Shown piece by piece: positions 29,133 through 43,903 of a DNA stretch of 64,000 bases; the stretch's first letter is position 1, and the number at the start of each line of letters is the position of its first letter. This DNA is from the human T2T-CHM13v2.0 reference genome, Homo sapiens. The position numbers and the translations under genes are program-made. The stretch is from assembly GCF_009914755.1 (NCBI RefSeq), contig NC_060937.1; one strand, 5' to 3'. The notes under the pieces were generated by a model. That model was not told the origin of the DNA. It ran no database searches and saw only the letters and a program-made list of their open reading frames with translations.

Positions 29133-30182
29133 TTAGTTAAAACAAATGTCATAATAGGAAGGTTATCAACACAGAATAGTAGTATACAACAGGTTTTGAT
29201 TTTGTTTGCATGAATCCTCGTCAATATTGCCTCTAAAACTTCAAAAACTAACCAGTTAATAAACATTAGCCGTCTTCACCTTAGCAATTTCACATGAATC
29301 CGTGGAAAACATATGCTCCTGACATATTCATATATCCTAAAACGCTTTTGTGCTGTATGTCTATTGACAATTCGTACGGTATTGCATTTTGATTATGCAA
29401 AATGACATACAGAGTAATTTATTCCTACGTTGGAAATAGAAAAGTTACCTAAGCCACAAGCCCCAGGGTACTGTTAGCAGTGTCTGTTCACAATAATCAC
29501 AATGAATTTCATGCCTGTGGCCTATTTTCACATTGCAGTATTCTGGGCCCAGAGCTCAGACAAGCTGTTCTGCTCTGAGGCACGCATAACAACTAGCAAC
29601 AAGCATTTGGGGCTTCCTATTGAACATCTGTTGCAAGAGCAGAGAGATATAATTACAACGCAGTGCCCCATTTCTTTCCTCCTAATCCACCAAGAATCAT
29701 TTTTAATAGTTTTTTTCTATTATTTATATGGTTTAAGTAAATTATTCAAGGAGATGTTGATTGTAAAATGGTTCTTTTGTTCCCAGCCTGTTTTCCTTGG
29801 GTTCGTTGTCAGGTGACCTGAGGTCCAATGCCTTCATTCCATCTCATCAGTGTCCGCCTTTCCTCTCTCTCTCTTTTATTATTTCGTTACTCTTCCACAG
29901 ACCTTCTTTTCCTACCTATAAAAGTGACCTCATATATTATTACTATTCTCAGTATCTTCTAAAACATGAGATTTTTTTTTCATACTTAGCACATTTACAC
30001 AGGGTTTCCTTTATATAGATTGTGCAAAGCCATTGATTGGTTTTCTCTTTCCACTTCCTTCTTTTTTAAAAAAATTAATCTGGGGGAAGGAATATAAGCT
30101 TCCTCCCAGGGCAGTGTATGCAGGAGATGCTGCTACTCACTATCTTCACTTTAACAGCCTCACTAATATTCACACCAATATG

Positions 30183-30393
30183 AACGCACACACACACACA
30201 TACATGCATAAACAGGCACACACACATCTACACACACACCACACACATGCACACACCACACACGCACACACCACACACATAAACACGCACACCACACACA
30301 TGCACACATGCACACCACACACACGCACCACATGCACACACACACCACACATGCACACACCACAAACATGCACACACATACGCACACACGCAC
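30183..30393. repeat. (CA)n-rich imperfect repeat
   Basis: ~210 bp of cacac/catgcacac units. Confidence 0.9.
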
Positions 30394-30766
30394 AATCTGT
30401 CTTTAGTCCTCACTCATCTAAAATTGTTTTCAAAAATGTCACTCAGTGTGTCTTTATGTAAAGCGAAAAATATATATTTTGTACTTATTCATGTAATCTA
30501 TCTTTTTTTCTGAAATGCTCTCTTTCTTCTGCTTCTAAAATGTCACGTCCTCTTAAGTTTTCTCGTAGCCATTCTGGACACCTTTTCTCTCTTAACGGTG
30601 ATATTCCTCAGGATCTCTTCTTTTCACATTCTATGCTGTTGAAATTCAACCAGAGATGAACTTGAGAATCACAGGTGCCAGATGTCACTACATTCAAACT
30701 GAATGTGAACACAAAGGGGCATGTCCTTGACAAAGACATTTAAAGAAAGCCACCCATGCACACCTG

Positions 30767-31064
30767 TTTCTTTTTTGTTTGTTTGAGGTGGAGTCTCACT
30801 CTGTCACCCAGGCTGCAGTGCAGTGGTGTGATCTGGGTTCCCTGCAACCTCCGCCTCCTGGGTTCGGGTGATTCTCATGCCTCAGCCTCTGGAATAGCAG
30901 GGACTACAGGTGTGCACCACCACATCTGGCTAATTTTTGTATTTTTAGTAGAGATGGGGTTTCACTATGTTGGCCAGGCTGGTCTCGAACTCCTGACCTC
31001 AGGTCATCTGCTCACCTCAGCCTCCCAAAGTGCTGGGATTACAGGAGTGAGCCACTGCACCCAG
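30767..31064 (-). mobile_element. Alu (AluSx-like)
   Basis: Reverse dimer; TSD cacccatgcaca. Confidence 0.95.
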
Positions 31065-31304
31065 CACCCATGCACATTTAAGTTCTCATCTGGGAATATT
31101 TTCCTTCTCCGAAAAGAATATGCTTAATATTTCTCTTAGTGCAGATTATCAATTTTAAAAATCTTTTTCTCTTTCAAATGAATTTTTAAGCACATTGTTG
31201 AAGTAAACATTGAATTCTACATTGACATTATTTTATTTTATTAAATATATTATTCCATTGACTTCTGACTTCCATTTATCATGTTAAGAAGAGACATTTC
31301 ACAA

Positions 31305-31978
31305 CTTATTTCACACCCACTAGAATGACTATATTAAAAAAAAATAGGTAACAGTAAGTGTTGCCAGAACCCTCATACACTGATGATGACAATGTAAAAT
31401 TGAACCACAACTTTGGAAAACGTTTGAGCAGTTTCTCCAAAAGCTAAACATACAGTTACCATGGACTCAGTGAGTTTACTTCTTCATTATTTACCCAAGA
31501 TACGTGAAAACATATGTTCACCCCAAAATTATAAACAAATATTCACAGCAGCATTATTCATAATAGTCAAAATGTAGAAACAATCCAAATGCCCATCAAA
31601 TGATGAACGGATAAACAAGATTGAATATTATTCAGCCATACAAAGGAGTGAAGTTCTGATACAATATAGATGAAACTTAAAACGTTTTGCTAAGTGAAAG
31701 AAGCCAGTCGGAGAACACCACAGATTATATAATTTCACTTATATGAAATTTCCAAAACAGGAAATGATATAGACAGAAAGTAGATGAGTGGCTGCATAGG
31801 ACTTGGGGACAGAAGGATTAGGGGTGACAGCTGAAGGATATGGGGTATAAAATGTTCAGAAGTTGTGTTGATGGTTGCAAAACTGTGTAAATATACTAAA
31901 AAATCATTAAATTACACACTTTAAATAGGTAAATACTGAAATAAACATATTTCAGTAAAGGTGTTACCAAAAAAAAAG
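31305..31978 (+). mobile_element. L1 3' end (L1MB-type)
   Basis: cacacccactagaatg...gaaacaatccaaatgcccatc...gctaagtgaaagaagccag...tacactttaaa, then A-tail. Confidence 0.8.
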
Positions 31979-31979
31979 C

Positions 31980-33215
31980 CAGGTGTATGTCTAAAACCTT
32001 GTTATAGTGAAAATGTATATTTTCTTGAGTTTAACATTTTATTTTTGTCTTCGTTTTTATGGTTTTATTATCGTGTGCCTACATGTGATTTATATCATTA
32101 TTTATTGTATTTATTGTCTGTAGACCTTTTTAAGTCCATGATTGGTTGACTTTCTCCAGTTTTATACAATTTTCAGCCATAATAACTTCAAATATTGCTA
32201 CCATCCAATTTTATCTTTCACCTCTTTTGGATACCTTTTGGACTTTCTCACAAATTCTAGATGTAATTACTGTCTTTGGTACTTCTCTCTCTGTGTCTCT
32301 CTCTCCATCCATCTCTCCCTCTCTATATTTATATGTAGAAAGATACATACATATATATACAGTGTGTATATATTATATAATATACACATACACATATATG
32401 TATATTTATACACAAATATAGTCCCATTCTTATCTGTGTATTAATAAATGGCTATTAAAACTGTAGACTGAGTTCTTAATTTCAGTTATTTTATGTTTCA
32501 GACTTAAAAACTGATCTTGATTGTACTTTTTAGAGTTGACAGTTCTCTGCTGAGACTCTCAGTATTGTATTTCACATCTTTGACTGCAATGATCACAGTT
32601 ATATTGAAGTCTGTATTGGTTTATATTAGAACTTGAAGTTTTATGGCTCCTTTATCATTTGAGTGGGTTCTAATGTACACTGTCTTGTCACCTATACTGT
32701 TTGATGCAGTCCTATATCTGGTTAGAGCTATTTTCCTCCAGAGAGGATTCCTGACTGGGGTCCTAGAGGTACAGGACCTCACCAGACACTGGGTCACGTA
32801 AAGTGTGGATGCAGTCATTGCGTGGATTGTGTTACCCCTGTTACTCTTATTTGTAAGCTTCAGCTCTCAGCATCTCAACTCAAAAGCCTGGAGGTTTTAC
32901 CAGGTTCCTCTATCATTATATTAATGACCTCTGGCTTCCAATTTCAGTCCCTCACCCAGCCTTGGGAGTTTGTCGGAGATGCTACCCAGCCTTCCATCTG
33001 TACATTTCTATAATCCGCAATCAGCAAACAACCCCATAGAAACAGGGATCCCTTTTCTGAACTTCTGTGTCTCAAATTTTGGTAGGTAATTTTTCAATAT
33101 ATTTTTAGGCATTCTGTGCTTTCAAAGAGGTTTTCCCCACCTAGCTTTTCTACTTTTCTCAGCAGGGTGAGGGATGGGATTCTAAATTACCTAGTGCACC
33201 GTCATTGAAAGCAGT
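31980..33215 (-). mobile_element. Very old L1-like fragment containing a (CT)/(TA) microsatellite (~32285-32420)
   Basis: aattttcagccatAataacttcaaatattgct and ttcttaatttcagttatt motifs of reverse L1ME 5'/ORF1; highly diverged. Confidence 0.45.
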
Positions 33216-33699
33216 AGTCTGTCCTCCCAACTTTATTTCAGCTAAAGGGTAAGTTGTACCCTTTAAACAAATCTTTGACATTTTCAGGTGTTTATATAGT
33301 ATAGTTCCACGAGATAAGATTTTCTCCTTCCTTCTATTGCCTAAGTGAATGGTAAAAAGGAAATTTCTTTCAAGTAATTTGAAAGCACTTAAAGTAGATT
33401 TTTAGCTATAAGTAATAAATGAAAGTACATACCTTAATGTGGCCTGAAGCCCCACCCTTCCTGTGGCTGTCCATGCCTGTTTTTCACTGAACAGCTCAGA
33501 GTGTACTATGCCACTCTTGCTTCATTTCACACATGGGCTAGCTGCATTACTGGACGCTGTTATATTCTGATTCAAAGGAATAAAGAACTGACAAGGAGGC
33601 AGAAGTGGGAAAATTATCTGCCTCCAATGTACTATCCACATAAAAAGTGAACTGCAGGATTTTTTGTTGATTCAAATCCCAAGTCTCTAATTGGGGGGG

Positions 33700-34088
33700 T
33701 GATACGATTTGGATTTGTGTTCCCGCCCAAATCTCATGTCCAGTTGTAATCCCCAGTGTTGGAGGAGGGGCCTGGTGGTAGGTGATTAGATCATGGGGGT
33801 GGTTTCCCTCTTCCTGTTCTTGTGATAGTGACTGAATTCTCACGAGATCTGATTGCTCAAGAGAGTGTAGTACCTCCCCCTTGTCCCTGTCCCCTCTCCC
33901 TCCTGCTCCTGCCATGCAGGACATATCTGCTTCCCCTTCACCCTCAGCCATGATTTTAAGTTTCCTGAGGCCTCCCAAGCTGTGCTTCCTGTACAGCCTG
34001 TGGAACCATGAGCCAATTAAACCTCTTTTCTTTATAAGTTACCCAGTCTCAGGCAGTTCTTTATAGCAATGTGAGAATGGACTAATAA
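33700..34088 (+). mobile_element. MaLR solo LTR (MSTA)
   Basis: tgatacgatttggatttgtg...ggactaataa; flanked by GGGGG on both sides. Confidence 0.92.
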
Positions 34089-34990
34089 GGGGGGCATACA
34101 GAGTGAGTCGATAGAGGCCTCTCTTTACTCCCTGCCTTGCTATTTGTGTTGCTGTCTTTCTGGTCTAAGACAAGCCAGCCAACTATCAGTCATTTCTGTT
34201 TGGTGTAAATGGGTCTAAATGAGGCATGATTCTTTAAAGAGATTAGAAAGATAATCAATTTATATTCCCAATGTTGTTGCAAATCTACATCTCTTGCCTG
34301 GTTTCTTGGTGTTTCTGTGGAAAAAGTAAATCTATCCAAGCCAACAAGCTAAAAGCATGACCTGAAAATCTGACCTTTATTAATTATAATTTTTTTCTTC
34401 ACTCTAACAAAAACTAATGTAGAATAGCAAAGGTTGTTGCAACACAATTAGAATATGTAATTGCACACTGGGTCAGCTAAAAGCAATTTGGTATCTAATT
34501 GTGATTGTGCAAGCATGTCTCATATCTACTATCATTAAACAGTCAAATACAGGCATCTGTGGCTATCTAAACCCTCTCAATCCAAACTCAGTAACTAAAC
34601 AAATTTGGATCATGGGAAATACACACGTACCTAATCCGTGTAGCCATTGTCTTTCTTTTCAGTTGACCTGCATGTATCAAATAACAATAGTTCAAAGAAT
34701 ACCTGCTGAATGAATAAGAGAAGAGTTACATTATTTAATTAAACAGCTAACCAATCAAATCAATCTATTTATAGCATTTCCTGAATGTTGATGACTTTGC
34801 AGAAGTTCATTCTAATTAGGCCATTTGGTTACCACTTGCAGAGACTACCTAAAAGAAATGAGAAATGGTGAACAGATACGAGGCACAGCTGAAGGCAGAT
34901 ACAGGTAAATATGTCCGTATTTTTGGAAATTCTGGACACACATGGAAGAACTTACCTCATTTCAAAGATCAAAACAAACACTCGTATTAA

Positions 34991-35442
<452 letters not shown>

Positions 35443-36314
35443 TGAAAATACTGGACAGGAATACTGGACAGTAAAATAGACATTAATAAAAATCCATAAA
35501 AAAATTAATCCAAAAAAATTAATAAAAATTTGCAAAACTGCAACAAGCTTTCATTCGAATATTAGATATTATAAGTTGATCAAAACACTAAACTCAATGT
35601 CTTTTTAGCTTTTTTTCTAACAAAATATTCTATTATCTAAACATATTATTTCTGACCAAAAATTCAGTGTGGATAGGACTGAATGTGTGAAGGTTTAGTG
35701 CTCCAAATACAAGCTCCAGGATAATTAAAATAGCAAAGAATCATTTGTTTTTAATTTATTATCCTTTCAGGGATAGTTGGTCTATTTCAAGAATAAAGTC
35801 ATTTAATATCACCAGGAGAAAAAGAAGTGGGTTGGGTGCTGGAATGTGCCTTCAGGCAAAGATTGCTATTATAGATTTAACTATAGGACTGTGTTTAATT
35901 AAACTTTATTACTTTATTTGCTTTCTATCATATGAAGGGAAATAATTTGCATTATATTGTTAGCCATTTAAAGATTATCTGTTTTGACCAAACACACATT
36001 GTGTATGTAAGTGACACCTCCTCGGTTCAGCCCTGCCTGGAGTTGTGCAAAGACCTAAAATTAGGTTCAAATTCGAGAAGTTCTGAAACTCTTTGGCTAC
36101 TAAGGTAAGCTCTGGAAAAATTAAGGGTCAGCGAGCAGCGAGACAGAAGTCAGAATTTGAAAACCAGATTAGAACCAGAGAAATATCTCAGTCAAAACAT
36201 GAGCACAGAGAATGCAACACTCGGTCCAATTTAACGAGGTTCCAGATCACCAGGCTTTCATTCTCATTTAGTCAACCATGCCAAAGCTCCGGCCCTAGAA
36301 GGACTAAAAGGCAC

Positions 36315-36740
36315 TGCAATAGTTTGAATATTTGTCCCCTCCAAATCTCATGTTGAAATTTAATCCCTGTTGGAGGTGGGACCTAATGCAGGGGGTGGGG
36401 AGGGCAGGCGTTTGGATCATGGGGTGAGTCCCAATGAATAGATTATTACAGGGGAGGGTGAGTGAGTTCTTGCTCTATTAGTACCAACAACAGCTGGTTA
36501 TTAAAAAGAGCCTGGCACCTCCATGCTCTGTCTGGCTTCCTCTAACCAAGTGATCTCTACAGGCTGGCTCCCCTTCACCCCATGCCATGAGTGGAAGCAG
36601 GCTGCAGCCCTCCCTGGAAGCAGATGCTGGCGCCATGCTTCTTGTGCAGCCTGCAGAACTGTGAGCCAAATAACCCTCTTTTCTTTATAAATTACCCAAC
36701 CTCAGTTATTACTTTATGGCAACACGAATGGACTAAGACA
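36315..36740 (+). mobile_element. MaLR solo LTR (MSTB-like)
   Basis: tgcaatagtttgaatatttgtcccctccaaatctcatg...ggactaagaca; TSD GGCAC. Confidence 0.9.
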
Positions 36741-37500
36741 GGCACTTAGCAGCTTCTGACAAAGACAGGATTCTAGTGCACGAGGAGAAACCAAGAGAAA
36801 ATCAGTACTGAAAGGAGAAATCCAAATACATAAAAAGACACTTGCCCCAGGAGATGGCTTATTAACTGTGGTGAAGACCAGAAAAGATGAGCCACAGATT
36901 GGAGAAAGATATCTGCAAGGCAAGACCAATACAGGAATATTATACAGAATACATATATGTTTTATTAACCTCATACAAATGGGGGCAAGGAAAAGACAAA
37001 CTAGCCAATGTTGTATCAGCCAATATACTTTCAAGGGATACAGTGGGCATCCACAGAACTTGAAAACTATACTGCCAACAAACAGATTTTAAAAATTGTT
37101 CAAACTCTCTTATAATCAAATCCAAAAGATATTATTTTATAGTCATCTGATTGAAAAAAACAAGTTTGATGTACCAAATGTAGATAAGAACGTGTGGGAA
37201 CAGCAATTGTATTATTCTGGTGAGAATGTAAATTCATACCTCTACTTTGGAAAACAATTTAGTAATAGCCATGAAATTAAAGATGAGACTATCCAACAAT
37301 CCAACAATTGCAGGTCTAGAGATGACCACACATTCATATGGAGAACATGCTGGGGTGTTCATTACAGAACTTGCTGTGAGGCAGGAAGAAAAGGGAGACT
37401 GTAATAATTGTCCCTCAGCTGGGAACTGGGCAAGGGCACAATAGCATTCATACAATGGAGACCAGTGAAGTTGCTGAAACGAAAAGTCCAGAGAACATGC

Positions 37501-37819
37501 TTTTTTTTTTTTCTTTTTTTTCTTTTTTTTTTTTTTTTGAGATGGAGTCTCTCTGTGTCACCCAGGCTGGAGTGCAGGGGCGCAATCTCGGCTCACTGCA
37601 ACCTATGCCTCCTGGGTTCAAGAGATTCTCTACCTCAGCCCTTCCCAAGTAGCTGAGGTTACAGGCACGTGCCACCACGCCCAGCTAATTTTTGTATTTT
37701 TAGTAGAGATGGGGTTTCACCATGTTGGCCAGGATGGTATTGATCTCTTGACCTCATAATCCACCTGCCTTGGCCTCCCAAAGTGCCGGGATAACAGGCG
37801 TGAACCACCACACCCAGCC
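37501..37819 (-). mobile_element. Alu (AluSc-like)
   Basis: gatctcttgacctc diagnostic; TSD agaacatgc. Confidence 0.95.
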
Positions 37820-38025
37820 AGAACATGCATTTTTAAAAATGTGAAGAAAGTGTACTAAGACTAGTCACATACATTTAAAAAGCAATTTCTCTTTTGAGTA
37901 CATACATAGACGACATTTTTTTTTATACATAGTAGTTTACTTCATGTCTAGAGTTGTGTGAGCTGGTGACAAACAACTCTGTGAGTAACTGCCTACTAAG
38001 GAATGGAAAGAAAGGGATCCAATGG

Positions 38026-38332
38026 GGCTGGTTGGGGTGGTTCATGCCTGTAATCCCAGCACTTTGGGAGGCCAAGGCAGGTGGATCACTTGAGGTCAGG
38101 AGTTTGAGACCAGCCTGGCCAACGTGGCGAAACCCCGTCTCTACTAAAAATACAAAAATTAGCTGGCTGTGGTGGTGTGTGCCTGTTAAGATCAGCTACT
38201 TGGGAGACTGAGGTAGAGAATCCCTTGAACTTGGGAGACAGAGGTTGCAGTGAGCTGAGATCGCGCCACTGCACTCCAGCCTGGGTGACAGAGTGAGACT
38301 CCATCTCAAAGAAAAAGAAAAAAGAAAAAAGG
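38026..38332 (+). mobile_element. Alu (AluSx/Sz-like)
   Basis: Full dimer; TSD aaagaaagggatc..atgg. Confidence 0.95.
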
Positions 38333-39062
38333 AAAAGAAAGGGATCTGATGGGAATGTGGAGTTAAACTGCATATGTAAATCTTTATTTTCTTAAATTGA
38401 AGCAAAATAATTAAAACATTTGTAAAAATATGATAAATGTTAAACCAGATTTGTCAAATCTGGTTGATGTGACATTTGTCTGATATATAATGTTATTTTC
38501 ATTTGAAATATTACATATTATACAGTTACAAATTTAAATTATTTAATAAAGAAAAATTACTACAGTGCTTTATTTCCTCAATAAAAGCCTATGAGGCGGA
38601 ACAGTTAATAATGGTTCAAATAACTTAAGGAGGCATTTTATTTAAGGAAGAACTTCTTAAAAGTGAGATTTCCAAAACAGTCATTATTTAGACGGGACCA
38701 ATGCTATTTTACTAGGTTTATCAAAGATGAGGCTGTCTACAAACTTATGTATCATTCTAATAAATATTTTAATATAGAATGTTCTAAATTTTAATAGGAA
38801 AATAATATTTAAGTTCCTTCCATGTGCCATGCATAATCTTATATCAAGTATAATTTCATTTTTATATAATTTCTGTGCCTTACCTCTTGCTTCTCCCCAA
38901 TTCACAAATGAAGAAAGTAGTTACACCGCCCTTCGTTCATGTACAAGGGGAGGGTTTGAATCCAGGTCTCTAGGAACCCAAAAGTCATGCACCTTCCAAG
39001 GCAAAGGAGATTACCATGTTACAGCATAGATAAAAACATAATAGAATTAGGAATTGGATAAG

Positions 39063-39494
39063 TATAGAGGGTTCAATAGTGTTCCCCCAAAATTCCTCTC
39101 AACACTGAAGCTCAGAATGTGACCTTATTTGGAGATAGGATCTCCAAAGGTAATGCAGATGTAATCAGTTAAGATGAGGTCATACCGGATTAATTTGGGT
39201 CCTAAATCTAATGACTGGTATCCTTTTAAGAAGAAGAGAAAACACAGGACACAGACACAAGGAAGCAGCAAACGTGAAGACAGAGGCTGGGGGTGTAGTG
39301 ATGCAGCTATAAGGCATGGGGCCACCGGAGGCTGGGAAGGGATAAGGAGGGACCCTTCCCCAAAGCCTTCAGAGGGAGCAGCTGACACTTTGAATTTGGA
39401 CTTCTAGCCTCGAGAACAGTGAGAACATATTTCTGTGGTTTGAAGCCATGCATTCTGTAGTACTCTGTTGTAGCAGCCCTAGGAAACTAATACA
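39063..39494 (+). mobile_element. MaLR solo LTR (MLT1B/C-like)
   Basis: cagaatgtgaccttatttggagatagg...gatgtaatcagttaagatgaggtcatac...gcagccctaggaaactaataca. Confidence 0.88.
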
Positions 39495-40565
39495 GGGATA
39501 CAGCTGAGACCCCAAATGTATTGAGATCATATTTAATTTTCACAGACATTTTGCTTAGTTCCATCTTGCTTTCCTTCAGCTTAGAGATGAAAAAAACATA
39601 GTCCCTACCTTCATGCATGTACAAGGGGGAGGATTTGAATCCAGGTCTCTAGGAATTCCAGATTCCTGCAGGTTCCAAGGCAAAATAGTTCACCGTGTTA
39701 TGATATGTGTGTAAATGCAAGATAACAAAGAATTAGATGAGCAATTTAAAATAGTCATCCTAATAATTCCTAATGAATAATAATGATGAAAGCTGTTAGT
39801 GAAATCCATAAATGTTTTATTTAGATGGCTTAGATCCATTCTACAACAATCTTTATTTTCAAAAAATAAATTAAGCAACAAAAATTTACTAATTTCATAT
39901 TTTCTGCCATCACCATAAAACAGAATCAATCTCATGTGGTTATATTTTGGGCATGTAGCACATAAATCATGTCCTCTATTACTAAGATGCTCCTATTTGA
40001 CTTGTAGAAGTTTGTGGATCATTTAAAATTGAATAAATGGTTTGGTTTGCTTTCAGAACTATAAAGAGTATAAACTGGTATTTGGCAAATTGTTTTTTTC
40101 AAAACACAGAAATCTGCCGTTTTAAGTTTTTGTTCAGATTTCAAAATTAACTTCTTATTGGACAGAACCAGTTTAATTATGTTCTGATTTTCTCTCTTCT
40201 CCTTTCAAGAGCCATAGTTTATTATGAATTCGGAAAGCTTAAGTTTCTATTACCCCTTTAAATGAATTGGAACTAATTGGTCAATAGTTCTTGGCAATAA
40301 TGAGTTGCAACTAGCATTACTTTCCTAGTGAATTATACAAATGCACTATCTTGACTGTGAAACTCCATTAGAGTTGCGATCAGACTGCAGTGGCTTTCAC
40401 CAATAATGTCTCAATGGCACTTAATTGAGGGGCAGAGAAAAGCCAAGGGCTGCCCTTATTAGAAAATCCTGATTGGCATCAAAAAGGCACAATAGTATAT
40501 TTGTTAAGTACTTTGGAATTAGCTATACCTGGTACAAATACGGTACTTTCCCTTATTTTCCACAC

Positions 40566-41009
40566 TGGTCAGGTCTGTGCAAGCCTACTCCCAGAAGTCC
40601 AAGGAAGCTGAGAGTTCGAAGGAGGAGGCTGACAAATCTAGTCTCTTAGAAATAAACATTTAATAAGGACTTACAAACAGACATCATGTCTGTGTCTTGG
40701 ACAGTCACGGGACAAGATGGTGGATCCCCGCACCATTACCCTTCAGACCCAGGGCTTATATACCGCAGGGAAAGTGTGTACATGCTTCCCAAGGGAGGCT
40801 TAGGTCAATTGAAGTACGGTAACATCAAGGGATTACACCTTGGGAATTATGGTAAATAAATTTAGGCTTTATAGTAAGTCCCTGCTCTTACACAAGGAAC
40901 ACAAGGAACAATAGATAAACTGGAAATCCTAGAGACCCTCCCGGAATGGGTTAGTCAGAAGCCATCATGGCAGATTAGCATCCAAGATGGGGTTGCTATG
41001 GCGTCTACA
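40566..41009 (-). mobile_element. Solo LTR (LTR47-like) inserted in a MIR
   Basis: Minus strand begins tgtagacgccatagcaaccccatcttggatgctaatctgccatg; MIR-like sequence on both sides. Family from memory. Confidence 0.7.
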
Positions 41010-42529
41010 CCTTACAAGCTATAAGACCTAGGAAAGGGAGGCAACACCCTCTCTAAGCCTAATTCCCCCTCTGTGTATTGGGTTCATAAAAGTACCTACC
41101 AACGACTTACCAATGACAAGGAAGGTGGAGTAATCGGCCCAGAATGGAAGGCTAGTTTATTTTTATCACTGACGTTGTTTAGAAATGCTGGTGTATGCAA
41201 TAATAACAAGCAGAATGACCGTTGTTGTTTTTCATTTCTCCATGGCCATGCACTCACTTCTTTACTGTTCCCACCACTCCACTCTAGGCTGGCAACTAGG
41301 ACTCACTTCCTAGTGTTACTACAGGGATGAAATGGGCAGTCCTGGTGACACTGTCCTGGAGTCACTGCCAAGGGCAGAGGTAGAACATTGTATTTAACAA
41401 GATTCCTGGGAAAGGTGAGATCAGACAGGCAGGACTGCTTGTCAGGAGCAGGAAACTGGTACCTAGGCAGCACTTCCCAGGACCTGCTCATGGCCACGGG
41501 ACATGATGACATGATGTGACAGAAGCACTGACTTTGGAGCAAGTGAGGTGCAGTCAGCACACGGGTGGAAGCCTGTGTGACATCTCGTAGCACCCAGAAG
41601 TTTACATTCCATGCCCCCACGAAATGTTCAGGTCTTGTGGAATATTTTCATAGAAATCAATAAATGGATATAGTCTGTGACTATGGACAAAGGGCAGGAC
41701 CAAGAGGGCCGGCAGGAGAAGAGAAGAAAGGAAGCATAAGGAATTAGGCCAGATAATTGGTTTAAATGTTGCTACTACCAAGATACTCTCTGACGAGGAA
41801 GATTAAATAATGTAAACAATAGTAACTTAACATAAAGGCAGACTTAAAATCTAGATAATATCAACAAAGATAACATGAGCGGGGAGAAGAGTGGATGCCG
41901 TCACATACGTCTTCTTTTTTCCCACAGGGAATTTCTAGCCCAGCGCTAAGAGAGACAGACAGAGAGAGAAATGTATGTGTGTACACATAAAATCTGAAAA
42001 TAACAAAGAAACTCCGGGAATAAAAACCAGAATGATCAGCTTTCAAAAAACCAAGGAAAAGAATGAGAAAGGAAATGTAGTATGTGAATAAATAGACATA
42101 AAAAACAAAGTACAGAACAAGGTGAGAGAAGATTCATGAGGAACAGCCAGTTGTCATGCTAAAGTAATTACTAAGATAAGACACAATTTAAGAATCATAT
42201 CCCTGAGGGGAAAAAGAGTATCAACTTTGTCTATCACTCCATTTCTAGCTTGGGGAACAGAGTGCCCGAAGCCAGTGCCCAGTGATTCCTGAATTGGATG
42301 TAAATAAAAAGCCAAACCCTAAAGACATTTCCTATGATTTTTATACATGGACGTTGAGGCTGGATTTGCTAGTATTTTGTGAAGTTTAGCGCATCTATGA
42401 GAGGCAAGATTGAACTAGAATTTTTCTTTCTTGTTTTACCATTTTCAGCTTTTGGCATCAATGTTAGAATAGTCTTATAAAATAATGTGAGAAAGCACTG
42501 CCTCCTTTTCCATTCTCTCAAAAAGTCTA

Positions 42530-42874
<345 letters not shown>

Positions 42875-43604
42875 CTAGTAAAATAATGGGGGATTGTGTT
42901 GTTGGTATGAATAGATTTTTAAGTAAACACTCAGTTTATTTAATTACTATAGGTCTTTCTATGTAGGTTTTTGATTGCCTTTTAAATCAATTTTTTCCTT
43001 TATATTTTTCTAGGAAATTGTCTATTTTATCTAACTTGTAAACATATTAGTCATTAACTTATTCATAAGTAGTCTCTCAGAGTTTTATCTCTGCTGTACC
43101 TGAAGTTATGTTTCCTTTTTCATATTCAATATTATTTATTTGTGCTTTTTCTATTTTCTTCCTATGCAATCTTGCCAAGAGTTCACACTTCTTATCTGGC
43201 AAAGAACCAAGTTCTGGTTTTGCTAATTTTCTGTAATTAATTCTTTGAGTTCATTTCATTAATTTCTGCTTGTACTTGTATTACTTCATTTCTTCTACTT
43301 TATTCTTCCCTAGTTTCTTAAACTGCACACTTAGCCTCTTCAATGGCAGTTATTTCCTCTTTTATAAGCATTTAAAACTATAAATTTCCCTTGAAATACT
43401 CTTCTCCAACATTTGTTTAATAAGATGGGTAAGATGTGTGAAAAGATACTTTAGTACAGATTTTCTAATTTCTATTTTTTTAAAGATTACAAATAGGATT
43501 TTGCTGTCTTATTTTCTCATTTCTAACTTAATAGCACTATTGTAAGAGAACATGATTAGATTGACACTACTTCTTAGAAATGCTTAGAAACTTTCTTTTC
43601 TTGT

Positions 43605-43903
43605 GGCTAGTCATGGTGGCTGACATCTGTAATCCCAGCACTTTGGGAGGCCAAGGCATGCGGATCACTTGAGGCCAGGAGTTCTAGACCAGCCTGGCCA
43701 ACATGGAGAAACTGTGTGTCTCTATTAAAAACAGAAAAATTAGCTGAGTGTGCTGGTGAGCACCTGTAGTCCCAGCTACTCCGGAGGCTGAGGCATGAGG
43801 ATCGCTTGAACTCCAGGAGGCGGAGGTTGCAGTGAGCCGACATCACACCACTGCACTCCAGCCTGAGTGACAGAGCGAGACCTTGTCTCAAAACAAAAAA
43901 ACA
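43605..43903 (+). mobile_element. Alu (AluJ-like)
   Basis: gaggccaggagttc and gaggatcgcttga, J-type positions. Confidence 0.9.

Larger units (their letters stand above)
36850..38560 (+). mobile_element. Very old L1 3' fragments (L1ME-like) hosting two Alus
   Basis: cacagattggagaaagatatctgcaa and ctggtgagaatgtaaatt...ctttggaaaacaatttag motifs; highly diverged. Confidence 0.5.

Noticed and set aside
30033-30461. His/Thr-rich 142-aa ORF and antisense Cys/Val ORFs
   Set aside because: Artefact of the (CA)n-rich repeat lacking stop codons.
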